NCBI GenBank assembly: GCA_005223125.1
Contig: NJBH01000003.1
Coordinates: forward strand, 64,001-128,000
Source of the DNA: Promethearchaeota archaeon Loki_b32
Lineage (GTDB): Archaea > Asgardarchaeota > Lokiarchaeia > Sigyniarchaeales > SOKP01
Length of the DNA stretch: 64,000 nt
Direction: 5' to 3'
Below are positions 1 to 10,111 of the stretch, piece after piece. Position numbers and translations under genes: made by a program. The notes under the pieces are model-generated. The model was not told the origin of the DNA and searched no databases. It saw nothing but the letters and a program-made list of their open reading frames with translations. Position 1 is the stretch's first letter. Each line of letters opens with the position of its first letter.

Positions 1-2
1 TC

Positions 3-137
3 TCGAAAAGAGAATATATTTACATAATTGTTTTGTTTCCTAAAACAAAAAATATCGAACTTAATATAATTGTGGAAAAAACGGAAGAAATATTAGATAA
101 TATTTTGAAAATGTTAAAAATTGAATTGATAAAATAA
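3..137 (+). CDS. 3' end of a longin/roadblock-like protein, paralog of 818..1156 (truncated by window start)
   Basis: Manual translation SKREYIYIIVLFPKTKNIELNIIVEKTEEILDNILKMLKIELIK* aligns with SKREHKYIIVLFPMTKVIEHNIILEKTEEIF of 818..1156. Confidence 0.75.
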   Translation, partial: SKREYIYIIVLFPKTKNIELNIIVEKTEEILDNILKMLKIELIK

Positions 138-221
138 CAATTATAAATTTGAACTGTAATTAAATATTAAGAATAAAATTATAAAGATTTTTCATAAAAT
201 TTGAAAGTCGAATGGATTTGA

Positions 222-779
222 GTGAAACCAATGAATGATACTCATTTAAAATTTGTATTTAAAATAACTGTAATTGGTGATGGTGGAGTAGGAAAAACCT
301 CTCTAATTAAAAAATATACCGAAGGTACTTTTGAGGAAGATTATATATCGACTGTGGGTGCCCAATTTTCTTTTTATGACGAAAAAATCAATGGAGATGA
401 ATGTAAATTATATTTTTGGGATATTGCGGGGCAAAAAGAGTTTGAATTTTTACGTTCAGATTTTTATGAAGAGAGCAAAGCTGCTATTATTGTATGTTCC
501 CTTGAAGAAAATAATCTTGGCAAAGAAAGTCTTAATCACTTAGTAGACTGGTATGAGGATCTTAATAACAACTGTGGTGATATTCCAGTCGTTATCTTTG
601 CCAATAAAGTAGACTTAATTGATGAAGAAAATTTGGATGAAGGTTATGTTCAAAGCTTCATTAAAGAGAAGAATACTATTGGAGTTTATCGAACTTCTGC
701 GAAAACTGGTCAAGGGGTAACCGATGCGTTCAGGAAAATAATAAGAGAACTTTATGAAAAATATAAAAGTAATATATAA
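222..779 (+). CDS. Rab/Ras-like small GTPase
   Basis: G1 GDGGVGKT, G2 STVG, G3 WDIAGQ, G4 NKVD, G5 TSAKTG; no C-terminal prenylation cysteines. Confidence 0.95.
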   Translation: MKPMNDTHLKFVFKITVIGDGGVGKTSLIKKYTEGTFEEDYISTVGAQFSFYDEKINGDECKLYFWDIAGQKEFEFLRSDFYEESKAAIIVCSLEENNLGKESLNHLVDWYEDLNNNCGDIPVVIFANKVDLIDEENLDEGYVQSFIKEKNTIGVYRTSAKTGQGVTDAFRKIIRELYEKYKSNI

Positions 780-817
780 AGTACTTTTAACAAAATTTTA
801 AATTAATTTGAAATTTA

Positions 818-1156
818 ATGGAGGAATTTGCACTTAAAATGCAAGCAGAAGGAATTATTGTTTTTGATTCTCTACAAGAAAAAATTATTTTTTCCGAAGT
901 TCCTCCTCAATTTTCTTCACCTCGTCAAATGGCAATTGGAGGAATGTTAATAAATTTAATCAATAAATTTTCAAATGAATTTGAAGCAGGTGAAGTAAAT
1001 AGTATTGTTATTTCTTCAGAAAATAAAATGATCTCCATCTCAAAAAGAGAACATAAATATATAATCGTGTTATTTCCAATGACAAAAGTAATAGAGCATA
1101 ATATCATTTTAGAGAAAACTGAAGAAATATTTAATTCTGTATGGAATAATGAATGA
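818..1156 (+). CDS. putative longin/roadblock-fold small protein
   Basis: 112 aa with beta-beta-alpha-beta-beta-beta-alpha hydrophobic pattern, next to a small GTPase; fold is inferred. Confidence 0.55.
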   Translation: MEEFALKMQAEGIIVFDSLQEKIIFSEVPPQFSSPRQMAIGGMLINLINKFSNEFEAGEVNSIVISSENKMISISKREHKYIIVLFPMTKVIEHNIILEKTEEIFNSVWNNE

Positions 1157-1171
1157 TGAAGAATTTAAGAG

Positions 1172-1687
1172 GTGAAAAAAGTGGGACTAAAACGTAAATT
1201 GATGGATAAAATGATGCCAAAAGAGTTTGGATTTATCTCTGGTTTATTTCATGTCGGTGTATTTACTCTTCAATCTAGTATTGATGAGACTTTAGGAAAA
1301 ATTGGATATAGTGATTATATATTTCCCGCAATAAAAGAGTCTATGGAGACTGCCGAAAAATTGGGCATTGAGCCAATCGTAGGAGAAGATATCGAAGATT
1401 TTGGAAAAAGATTTATAAAATTAATGAAAACTTCCTTATTAGTGAAAAATGCTTCACTTAAGAAAAGAGCTGACGGTTCTTATGTATTTTCCTTAAACAA
1501 TTGCTTCATGGCAAGATCAGCTCATACAGTTGCCGGAACAAAGGGTGTCTGTCCGATGGCTATGGTCATGGCAGCTATGGTTGAAAAATATACAAATAAG
1601 GAAGTAATGGTGGAATATTCTGATTTAACTCCTAAGGGGAGTGTTACAAATATCATCACTTCTACGACCGATAATGTAAAAAAATAA
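1172..1687 (+). CDS. V4R/MetOD1-like ligand-binding domain protein
   Basis: C-terminal half FSLNNCFMA...GVCPMAMVMAAMVE...VMVEYS has the V4R-type Cys pattern. Confidence 0.55.
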   Translation: MKKVGLKRKLMDKMMPKEFGFISGLFHVGVFTLQSSIDETLGKIGYSDYIFPAIKESMETAEKLGIEPIVGEDIEDFGKRFIKLMKTSLLVKNASLKKRADGSYVFSLNNCFMARSAHTVAGTKGVCPMAMVMAAMVEKYTNKEVMVEYSDLTPKGSVTNIITSTTDNVKK

Positions 1688-1906
1688 TTATTAATAATGT
1701 TTTTATTATTCAAATTCAAACATCTTTTTTTAAGCTCAAAAAATGTCGTAAAAAAAAAGCTTAAATATAATTTCTATTATAAAGTTTTTGTAAGAATTCG
1801 TTGTTTATTGCTATTGAATTCAATTATTTAACTTCCGAATTTTTACTCCAATTAATTTAACTATTTAAGATTAGAAAGAGGTGTAATATTTATTTCTCAA
1901 GAGGAT

Positions 1907-2560
1907 ATGAAAGATCTAACTACAGATTTAGATGACAAAGTTGTAAGAGCCCTACAAAATAAGGTTGATTCATACGAAACAGAGATCAGTCAACTAAAAG
2001 ATATTCTAGAAAAAAAGGACGAAGAATTTGCAAATCTAGCAAAATCTAAAGATGATATGAGTTCCGAATTAGAGGAAACTCGAAGTAAGCTTTCAGACTT
2101 AGAAAGTAAAACGGGCGACCTTGACAAATTAAATAGTGAAGTATATGATCTAAAAAAAACAATTACTTTAGAAGAGAATGAATTAAATAAATTGAGGGCA
2201 GAAGTAGATGAATTCAAGCCTAGAGTAGCAGAATTAACTAAAAACAATGATGAATTAAAGAGGAATATTGCTGATAATGAATCTAAAGTTAAAGAATTAA
2301 CCGATGCTCTCGCAGAAAAAGAAAAAGCATTCGATGATCAAAAAAGCAGATTAGAAAAAGCCGAAACAGAATTATCAGCACTAAAACCAGCCGAACCATC
2401 TGAATATACAAGTGAAGAACGTTTAATTTGCCCAAAATGTGGCGCTAGAGGTAAAGATTTAAAAGTTGAAGAAGATAAATCTAAAATTTTAGGCTACGTA
2501 GGTCATTCACCAATGTATGGTAAAACTAATGTTTGTAAAAAGTGTGGAACAACTTTTTAG
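1907..2560 (+). CDS. coiled-coil protein with C-terminal zinc ribbon
   Basis: ~160 aa heptad E/K/L-rich region, then CPKCG...CKKCG. Confidence 0.8.
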   Translation: MKDLTTDLDDKVVRALQNKVDSYETEISQLKDILEKKDEEFANLAKSKDDMSSELEETRSKLSDLESKTGDLDKLNSEVYDLKKTITLEENELNKLRAEVDEFKPRVAELTKNNDELKRNIADNESKVKELTDALAEKEKAFDDQKSRLEKAETELSALKPAEPSEYTSEERLICPKCGARGKDLKVEEDKSKILGYVGHSPMYGKTNVCKKCGTTF

Positions 2561-2801
2561 GGAAGAAGAATAACCAAACCACAATTTTGGCAGAAATTTT
2601 TAATGATTTTTTTAATTTTTCTTTTTTCTTTTATATTTTTAAACTGAGTTAAAGAAATTAAACTCTTCATTTTGTTTAATACTGCTTTATACTACTAGAT
2701 AATCATCTCAGAAAAAGACTGAACAATTAATAAATTTAATTTAGGTTGCTTTTTTACTTCTAAAAAAGAAGATATATACAATCTTAATTTTAATTTTTAA
2801 A

Positions 2802-3836
2802 GTGAAATACAAATTGATTAAAACAAGAATAACTGAAAAATTTGGGATAAAATACCCGATTATTAGTGCTCCAATGGGACCATTTTATACGACAGAATTA
2901 GCTGTAGCTGTCTCTGAGGCAGGAGGCTTAGGTGTTGTAAGTCATGCAACATTAAGAGGGAAAAATTCAGTAAAGGATTTTAAAGAACAACTAGATTATG
3001 TTGTTGAACATACCGATAAACCATTTGGTATAAATGTACGCGTTGCTCGAATCCAGACAGACCATAGAGTTTTAATAAGAAAAATTCCACAGTGGCGAAA
3101 AGAAAACCCAAAGCTTAGAGAACAATTAATCTTTGGTTTAACTAGTGCTGGAGGGCCCCGTATCGTAGGAAAAATGTGGAAAGAAAAAGCTCCTGATATG
3201 TATCATTTCCATGTTGGTCCAGCAATGTGGCTAATAGATAAAATAGTGGAATCGGGGTGTGTTGGTATTGTCGCAACTGGAACTGAAGGCGGTGGTCATC
3301 AGAGTTATGAAGAGATAACTACATTAGTCTTAGTACAACAAGTTGCTCAAAAATACCCTGATAAATTACTAGTAGCGTGTGGAGGTTTTGCTAGTCCTGA
3401 AGGAGTTGCAGCTGGATTAGCTATGGGTGCTGATGCTGTTGCTATGGGAACACGATTTATAGCCTCTAATCAGAGCGAATTCCATCAAAATTATAAAGAT
3501 CTTATCGCTCCTGCTTCGGCTCGCGATACAATACTTACTACTGGAGGATTTGGACCTATTAGATTATTGAAGAATAAATACTGTCTTGAACACGGTCAAG
3601 TAGTGACTAAAGAAGAAAAAATATCACAAGAATTAGCTTACAATATGGAAGGATATTTGAAAGACCTTATTGCTTATGAAATAGTTTATACAAAAGGCGA
3701 CACGGTTAATGGAGCTGTCCCAGTCGGACAAACATGTGGATTGATCGATTCTATAATTGATGTTGATGATATTGTAAGTGGTTACTCAAAGAAAGCTGAA
3801 GAGTTATTAAAGAAACTATGCTCAAATATATCTTAA
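2802..3836 (+). CDS. nitronate monooxygenase / FabK-like FMN oxidoreductase
   Basis: YPIISAPM, AVSEAGGLG, PFGINV, EGGGH, ACGG, GADAVAMGTRF. Confidence 0.9.
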   Translation: MKYKLIKTRITEKFGIKYPIISAPMGPFYTTELAVAVSEAGGLGVVSHATLRGKNSVKDFKEQLDYVVEHTDKPFGINVRVARIQTDHRVLIRKIPQWRKENPKLREQLIFGLTSAGGPRIVGKMWKEKAPDMYHFHVGPAMWLIDKIVESGCVGIVATGTEGGGHQSYEEITTLVLVQQVAQKYPDKLLVACGGFASPEGVAAGLAMGADAVAMGTRFIASNQSEFHQNYKDLIAPASARDTILTTGGFGPIRLLKNKYCLEHGQVVTKEEKISQELAYNMEGYLKDLIAYEIVYTKGDTVNGAVPVGQTCGLIDSIIDVDDIVSGYSKKAEELLKKLCSNIS

Positions 3837-3907
3837 AATTCTTTTTTTTTTCTCTTCTTAAATTTTTAATTATAATAGAAATAAAAAAATATTAGAAATT
3901 ATTATTA

Positions 3908-5701
3908 TTATTCTTTTCGTAATTCTCTTCTTAATATTTTACCAATTACTGATTTTGGTAACTCTGGGACAATCTCTACTACCCTTGGATATTTATATGG
4001 CGAAATATTTTCTTTACACCAAGCCATTAAATCTTCCTCAGTTACTTTCCCCTGATATTCTGGCTTTAGTGAGACAAAGGCTTTAATAGTTTGACCTGCT
4101 TCAGGATCAGGCACACCAATAACCCCAACTTCGTTCACAGCTTCATGTGTGTAAACGAGATCCTCTACCTCTCTAGGAAACACACCGTGTCCTTTATATT
4201 TAATCATATCACGCTTTCGATCTTTAATCCGAAGATACCCATCCTTATCTATACACCCTATATCTGCGGTATAATACCATGTTGTCCCTTTTGAATCCTT
4301 TCTTAATGCGAATTTAGTATCTTTTTCTCTTCCTAAGTATCCTAACATCAATTGAGGACCAGTACTACATATTTCACCTATATATTGAAATTCGTCTGGA
4401 CCACAATTTTTACAGCTCTCATTAGGACATTGAGGTAATTTTTTGGTACCTTCCTCGGCATCGACTATCTTAACAAAAGTATCGGATATCGGAAATCCAA
4501 CTGTGTTTGTTTTTTGGAGTTCTTTTCTAAAAGGATTTAGAGCCACAACTGGAGAGAATTCCGACATTCCATAACCTTCTACGAGACTTGCCCCCGTAAT
4601 TTCTTCGAATTCCTTTTTAACTTCTTCAGGTAAAGCACTAGCTGCTGATATGCATGCTATAAGGGAATCTAATTTCCCTTTATATTTTTTAGAGTCAGGA
4701 TCTTGATTAATTTTTATATATAGGGTAGGAACTCCTGGCATATAGGTAGCCTTTTCTTTACTTATATAGTTCAATATTTTAGATATTTTTTCTGGAGGTC
4801 GTGGCAATAAGATCATCTTCCATCCCTCTAATACCGAAACTGTCATTCCTATATTTCCAAAAGAATGAGCAAGAGGCACTACAAGCAACATTCCTCCTTT
4901 ACCCTTTAACTCGTTCATTTTTGGTAATTGGGTTGTAGCCCATATATCGGTCTGAAGCGCGTTGACAACCATAGAATAGTGAGAAGTCATTACTCCTTTA
5001 GGGACACCAGTAGTCCCGCCTGTATATATTAAGATAGAAATATCTTTTTCGAGATCGATTTCTACTTTTGGAACCTCTATTGGAAGTCCATTTTTTAAAA
5101 CTTCTTGAAATTTATGGAATATAATATCACCTATTTTTTCTGGCCATTCTTTCATTCTAGGAACTTTCCCAAGAGCAGTTCCTAGTTTAGCTTTTAATGG
5201 CGGTAAATATTCTGCAGTTCCTGTTAAGATGACACACTCAAGTGTAGACATTTTACTTAATTCTTTGCCAAGTAAATACTCTTCATATAAAAAATCTAGA
5301 ATTACTAGTATTTTAGCTTTTGAGTCGTTAACTTGATGGACAATTTCAACAAATCGGTTAACAGGAAGTATTGGATTAGACACAGCTCCAATTCGAACAG
5401 TAGCCCAATGAGCAATGACGTATTGGGGTACGTTTGGCAAGTCTATGCAGATTACATCTCCTTTTTTTACTCCTAATTTAGCCAAGCTTGTAGCGAATTG
5501 ATCAACAAGCATATCTAATTCTAAATATGTCATTCGAAATCCTTCAAAATAGATCGCTTGTGAATCCGGATACCTTATTGCAGTTCTACTTAAAAGTTCT
5601 CCCAGAGGAATTTTATCATAATCGACATGCCTTGGTACTTCTTTTGGCCAGTTTTTATTGATTCCATAAAATTCTATTAGTTCTTCATCACTCATTTTCA
5701 T
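3908..5701 (-). CDS. long-chain fatty acid--CoA ligase
   Basis: YTGGTTGVPKG, EGYGMSE, TADIG, DRKRDMI, LPKSVIGKILRREL. Confidence 0.95.
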   Translation of the reverse strand: MKMSDEELIEFYGINKNWPKEVPRHVDYDKIPLGELLSRTAIRYPDSQAIYFEGFRMTYLELDMLVDQFATSLAKLGVKKGDVICIDLPNVPQYVIAHWATVRIGAVSNPILPVNRFVEIVHQVNDSKAKILVILDFLYEEYLLGKELSKMSTLECVILTGTAEYLPPLKAKLGTALGKVPRMKEWPEKIGDIIFHKFQEVLKNGLPIEVPKVEIDLEKDISILIYTGGTTGVPKGVMTSHYSMVVNALQTDIWATTQLPKMNELKGKGGMLLVVPLAHSFGNIGMTVSVLEGWKMILLPRPPEKISKILNYISKEKATYMPGVPTLYIKINQDPDSKKYKGKLDSLIACISAASALPEEVKKEFEEITGASLVEGYGMSEFSPVVALNPFRKELQKTNTVGFPISDTFVKIVDAEEGTKKLPQCPNESCKNCGPDEFQYIGEICSTGPQLMLGYLGREKDTKFALRKDSKGTTWYYTADIGCIDKDGYLRIKDRKRDMIKYKGHGVFPREVEDLVYTHEAVNEVGVIGVPDPEAGQTIKAFVSLKPEYQGKVTEEDLMAWCKENISPYKYPRVVEIVPELPKSVIGKILRRELRKE

Positions 5702-5814
5702 TCATATTTGTTTATTAGATTTATGTAATATTATTCATTTTGATATTATTTAAAATTTTAAAAAAACAGTATGAAGAAACCTAATCTTAAAATTCTACAA
5801 AGAAGAAATAAAAG

Positions 5815-6252
5815 TTAAATTCGCATTTTGTATAAATTTTTATCTGGGATATAACTCATCATAATTAAATCATCTCTGATCTCCCAGCCTAAGTTTCGAT
5901 AAAATTCAATAACTTCTTTATTATACTTTTCAATAAATAAATGAACCTTATGTACTTTTAATTCAAGAAATTTATTCATTAATTCACCCATTATCATTTT
6001 ACCATATCCTTTCTTTTGATAATCTGGATCTACAGCAAGATGATGGACATATCCTCTTCTCCCATCAAATCCTCCTATAACTACACTGATGATTTTCTCA
6101 TATATTTTTCCAACTAAGAAAAGTTGAGGTGTTCGTCGAACGACCCTCTCAAGTTCTTCTTTAGTATCTGTGGATCCTACACTAATTCCAGATTTCCTCC
6201 AAAGTTCAACAACTTCTCCATAGAATTTCATTGAGAACTTTTTAATAATCAT
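5815..6252 (-). CDS. GNAT acetyltransferase (YpeA-like)
   Basis: GGFDGRRGYVHHLAVDPDYQKKGYG, FYRNLG. Confidence 0.9.
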   Translation of the reverse strand: MIIKKFSMKFYGEVVELWRKSGISVGSTDTKEELERVVRRTPQLFLVGKIYEKIISVVIGGFDGRRGYVHHLAVDPDYQKKGYGKMIMGELMNKFLELKVHKVHLFIEKYNKEVIEFYRNLGWEIRDDLIMMSYIPDKNLYKMRI

Positions 6253-6272
6253 GGTAATGAGATAGTATGAAT

Positions 6273-8357
6273 TTACCTATTAATAGTTTCTAATGATAAA
6301 TTTTGAATTTTTTTTTTAATTTCAGTTTTTGAATTGATAATATTTCGAATATAATCCGAAATTTCCTTTCTTGCATTAATTTCAGAAGGAATAGGTAAAA
6401 CCACTTCCATAATTCGATTTCCTATAGTTGCTATTGTTCCTTGAACAAAAGTTATTGCTTGTATTTGTTTTTGAACAATATCCAAATTTAATAAGTATAA
6501 CAGGAGGTATGAGTCGATGTACTCATCGTTTTCTAAGGTTTTTATCTGAAAAATGTGACTCTGGATAATGATTTTAGTATCTAATTTAGTTATAAAGGCG
6601 GTCTTTCCTATTAAATTAGGACCACCATCCTTCACTAAAAGAATATCATTTTCTTCAATATTTTGTTTGGGTTTATACTGTTCATACACTTCTTGACTAG
6701 TTTTTTTATATGAGTCCAAATTTATTTCCCAATTGTTTAACTCACTAGTTCGAATAAATGGGATATCCCCTAATCCATATACATGTGAACCTATCTCATC
6801 CCCTCGTGGAAGATACCCTCCTTTATTAGTATAAATTATTTTCCGGTCTGTTAAATCTTTAACAGTTAAAAGTATGAAATTTTGATCACTTTCCAACTTC
6901 TTTAACGTTTTTTCTACACCAGTATAATAAATTGGGATGAATATTTTATTTTTAATCTGCTTGTATTTAATTTTGAAGATTTTTTGATCCTTTAAATAAT
7001 TAAATTCTCCAGCTTCCTTTATTCTTAGATGTAGATCGATTATTTCGTCATTTATTAATGGATTTCCAGTAGAATCTAATTTTCTGCTTCCATCTTTATT
7101 CAGTTTATATAAAACTTTTCCATCTTTATCATGACCTACATTTTCTACAATTGCAAAATCAATTATATAGTCTTCTGGAATATTTTTCAATTTTTGAAAG
7201 AATAAAATACTTGTTTTATTACATGTATAGGGTTGAAATGTATTCTGATCTAATGAAATTATGCCTAAAATTTTGCCGTTAGAGGTTAAAAAGTCCCAAA
7301 TATACCGATCTGTAGGATTTCCAAATATTCCTTCTGGTAAAACAATCCCTAATTTCCCTCCCTCTTTAAGTAACTGAACACATCTTTCGATAAATAAAAC
7401 TTGAGGTGCTTGTTGTTTTACTAATTTTTTTTGCATTTCCCATTTATTATCAATATTTTTCCAAACATGTCCTAATTGATAATTCTCTAAAATTACATTA
7501 TCATTAATAGGAATTTTAACTCCAAATGGAGGATTGGTAAATATATAATCAAAAGTATTATTTTTTATTAATCTCTTTGCTGGAGCTCTATAACTCTTTG
7601 GATCTAACGAATCCTCACAAAAAATATTAGCTTTTCCATTGCTTAATATTTCTAAATATAATTTACTAATTTTAGCTAAGAATAGATCTTTATCAATACC
7701 GAATAAGTTAGAGATTGATTTAATTCTTTGTTCTTTGGATTCTATTTTAGACCATAACATTTCTTTTGTTTCAAGCAGAAATCCACCATGACCACAGGCA
7801 GGATCCAAAATTTTTGAATCAATATTAGCCCCCAAATAATTTACCATGAATTTTACTATATTGTGTGGGGTAAAAAATTGTCCTCCTTCGTCTTTTAAGA
7901 TCTTGCTAACAAAGATTTCGAAAGCATCGCTAAAAATATCTTTCGATGATCGAAGAAGTGAAATATCCTGTAATTCTTTAACAACCAAATAAACAAGTTC
8001 TTTTGTCAATGTTATTTGCTCATTTTCGTCCATCACATCATTAAATTTCTTTCGGACTTTCTCATTGAAAAATAATTCAATTCTTTTAAGGAGATGTTTA
8101 TCAGATTCTCCAACTTTTATACAAAATTCTACTTCTTCTTCAAGTTTTTTAGAAATTTCATCAACCAATTTACATAACAAGAGATTAACAATCTGTTTAG
8201 AACGCGCCCTAGTATCTGTATCTGTATATTTTAATTTTCCATATAGATGCTGATTAATTGATGTAAAAACTTGTTTTAAGTTAGTTGCTTTCTTTAAATC
8301 CTTTTTCCTTATTATATCGGATTTTTCCTTTAAAAAATCAGTAATATTAACTGGCAT
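6273..8357 (-). CDS. N6-adenine DNA methyltransferase fused to one HsdS-like target-recognition domain
   Basis: GQFFTP, ILDPACGHGGFL, NPPFG; C-terminal IPFIRTSEL...ENDILLVKDG...IGKTA TRD pattern. Confidence 0.9.
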   Translation of the reverse strand: MPVNITDFLKEKSDIIRKKDLKKATNLKQVFTSINQHLYGKLKYTDTDTRARSKQIVNLLLCKLVDEISKKLEEEVEFCIKVGESDKHLLKRIELFFNEKVRKKFNDVMDENEQITLTKELVYLVVKELQDISLLRSSKDIFSDAFEIFVSKILKDEGGQFFTPHNIVKFMVNYLGANIDSKILDPACGHGGFLLETKEMLWSKIESKEQRIKSISNLFGIDKDLFLAKISKLYLEILSNGKANIFCEDSLDPKSYRAPAKRLIKNNTFDYIFTNPPFGVKIPINDNVILENYQLGHVWKNIDNKWEMQKKLVKQQAPQVLFIERCVQLLKEGGKLGIVLPEGIFGNPTDRYIWDFLTSNGKILGIISLDQNTFQPYTCNKTSILFFQKLKNIPEDYIIDFAIVENVGHDKDGKVLYKLNKDGSRKLDSTGNPLINDEIIDLHLRIKEAGEFNYLKDQKIFKIKYKQIKNKIFIPIYYTGVEKTLKKLESDQNFILLTVKDLTDRKIIYTNKGGYLPRGDEIGSHVYGLGDIPFIRTSELNNWEINLDSYKKTSQEVYEQYKPKQNIEENDILLVKDGGPNLIGKTAFITKLDTKIIIQSHIFQIKTLENDEYIDSYLLLYLLNLDIVQKQIQAITFVQGTIATIGNRIMEVVLPIPSEINARKEISDYIRNIINSKTEIKKKIQNLSLETINR

Positions 8358-8469
8358 TTATTATTAACTAAAAGATTTTATGCTTTCTATCAACTTTAAC
8401 TTCTCTATAATTCATGTATAATAAATCAATTTATTATTGTTTTTTATTAATTGAAAATTAAAGTAAATT

Positions 8470-9249
8470 ATGTCTTCGAATAATTCGCAATTTGGGGAAT
8501 ATATCGAGTTCACTATAAAAAAACGTTTTGGAATCATAACTCTTAATAGAGTTCATAGATCAAATGCATTCGACATTAAACAATTTGAAAATTTAAAAAA
8601 AGCTGTGGAATATTGCCAGAGCGATGAAAAGATTCGAGGTTTAATTTTAACACATAATGGAACTTCTTTTAGCACGGGTGTAGATTTAGGAGCTATTAAT
8701 GGAAGTCATCATGAAGCTGTAAAATATTTAGAAAAAACTGCAGCTACTATTTGCAAATTAATTTATAATGGAAAACCAGCTATTTGTGCCATTAATGGGA
8801 GAGCTATGGGGGAGGGTGTTGTTTTTTCAACATGTTGTGATTATCGAATTGCTACCAAAGAAACTTTTTTTCAAATGCCTGAAATCTTTTCTGGGATATT
8901 TACTGGTACCGGTTGTTTAGTGCTCTTTTCTAGAATAATTGGAATTTCTTGGACTAAAAAAATGTGCATGTTTGCTGAAAGGATTTATGCTCAAAAAGCT
9001 TTAGAAATTGGTTTAATAGATCAAATTGTAAATAATAAGGAAGATTTAATAAAAGTTGCCTTAGATAAAGCAAAATTTCTTTATACAAAAAACCAAACTG
9101 TATTAAATGCGATCAAATTATGCTGTAATCACTTGGCTGATAAGTCTTACAATGAAGCGTTTGAACTAGAAAAAATCGGATCAGGATGGTTTGAGTTTGA
9201 AGATAAAGAGAAATATCTTAAGGATTTTAGAGAAAAATTTAATTATTAG
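8470..9249 (+). CDS. enoyl-CoA hydratase/isomerase (crotonase) family, copy 1
   Basis: ITLNR...NA, FSTGVDL, KPAICAING, DYRIA, F-MPE, ALEIGLID. Confidence 0.9.
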   Translation: MSSNNSQFGEYIEFTIKKRFGIITLNRVHRSNAFDIKQFENLKKAVEYCQSDEKIRGLILTHNGTSFSTGVDLGAINGSHHEAVKYLEKTAATICKLIYNGKPAICAINGRAMGEGVVFSTCCDYRIATKETFFQMPEIFSGIFTGTGCLVLFSRIIGISWTKKMCMFAERIYAQKALEIGLIDQIVNNKEDLIKVALDKAKFLYTKNQTVLNAIKLCCNHLADKSYNEAFELEKIGSGWFEFEDKEKYLKDFREKFNY

Positions 9250-9268
9250 ATATTAAAATTGAGTAAAA

Positions 9269-10045
9269 ATGTCATCAAAAAGTATAGAATTTGGAGAATT
9301 TATTGAATTTTCAATAAAAAAAAAGTTTGGAATTATAAAGTTGAATCGAGTTCATAGAGGAAATGCAATTACGACTGAAATGGCAAAAAATCTTAAAAAC
9401 GCTTTAGAATTTTGTCAAAATTCAGAAAAAATTAGAGGAATAATATTAACTGGAAATGGAAAATCCTTTACTACTGGAATGGATATTGATGAAATTGATG
9501 GAAATGATCATGCTGCTGTAAAAGAATATGAAAAAACAGCCGCATCTGTCCAAGAATTGTTCTATTATGGAAAACCAGTCATCTGTGCTATTAACGGTAA
9601 AGCAATGGGTGATGGGGTTGCGTATGCACTTTGTTCTGATTATCGGATAGCCGTTAAAGATTGTTTTTTTATGATGCCCGAGATAAACCTAGGAGTTTTT
9701 CCGGGAACTGGTATTATTGTTTTAATGACCAGAGTCATTGGAATCCCTTGGACAAAAAAAATACTTATGTTTGCCGAAAGAATTAGTGCTGAAAAAGCAT
9801 TGGAAATCGGCTTAATAGACCAAATAGTAGAAAATCAGGAAGATTTAATGAAATTGGCTTTGGATAAAGCAAAATTTCTGTTTACTAAAAATCAAACAGT
9901 TTTAAATGCGATTAAACTATGTAGCAATCATTTATCTGATAAATCTTATAATGAAGCTTATGAATTAGAGAAAATTGGCTCTGCGTGGTATGAATATGAA
10001 GATAAAGACGAATATATCAAGAAGTATAGAAAAAAATTCTATTAA
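9269..10045 (+). CDS. enoyl-CoA hydratase/isomerase (crotonase) family, copy 2
   Basis: Same motifs; close tandem paralog of 8470..9249. Confidence 0.9.
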   Translation: MSSKSIEFGEFIEFSIKKKFGIIKLNRVHRGNAITTEMAKNLKNALEFCQNSEKIRGIILTGNGKSFTTGMDIDEIDGNDHAAVKEYEKTAASVQELFYYGKPVICAINGKAMGDGVAYALCSDYRIAVKDCFFMMPEINLGVFPGTGIIVLMTRVIGIPWTKKILMFAERISAEKALEIGLIDQIVENQEDLMKLALDKAKFLFTKNQTVLNAIKLCSNHLSDKSYNEAYELEKIGSAWYEYEDKDEYIKKYRKKFY

Positions 10046-10111
10046 AATAACATTTTTTTATTCATCCATATTAATTTTATATACTCAATAATAATTTAAG
10101 TGAAATGAAAA

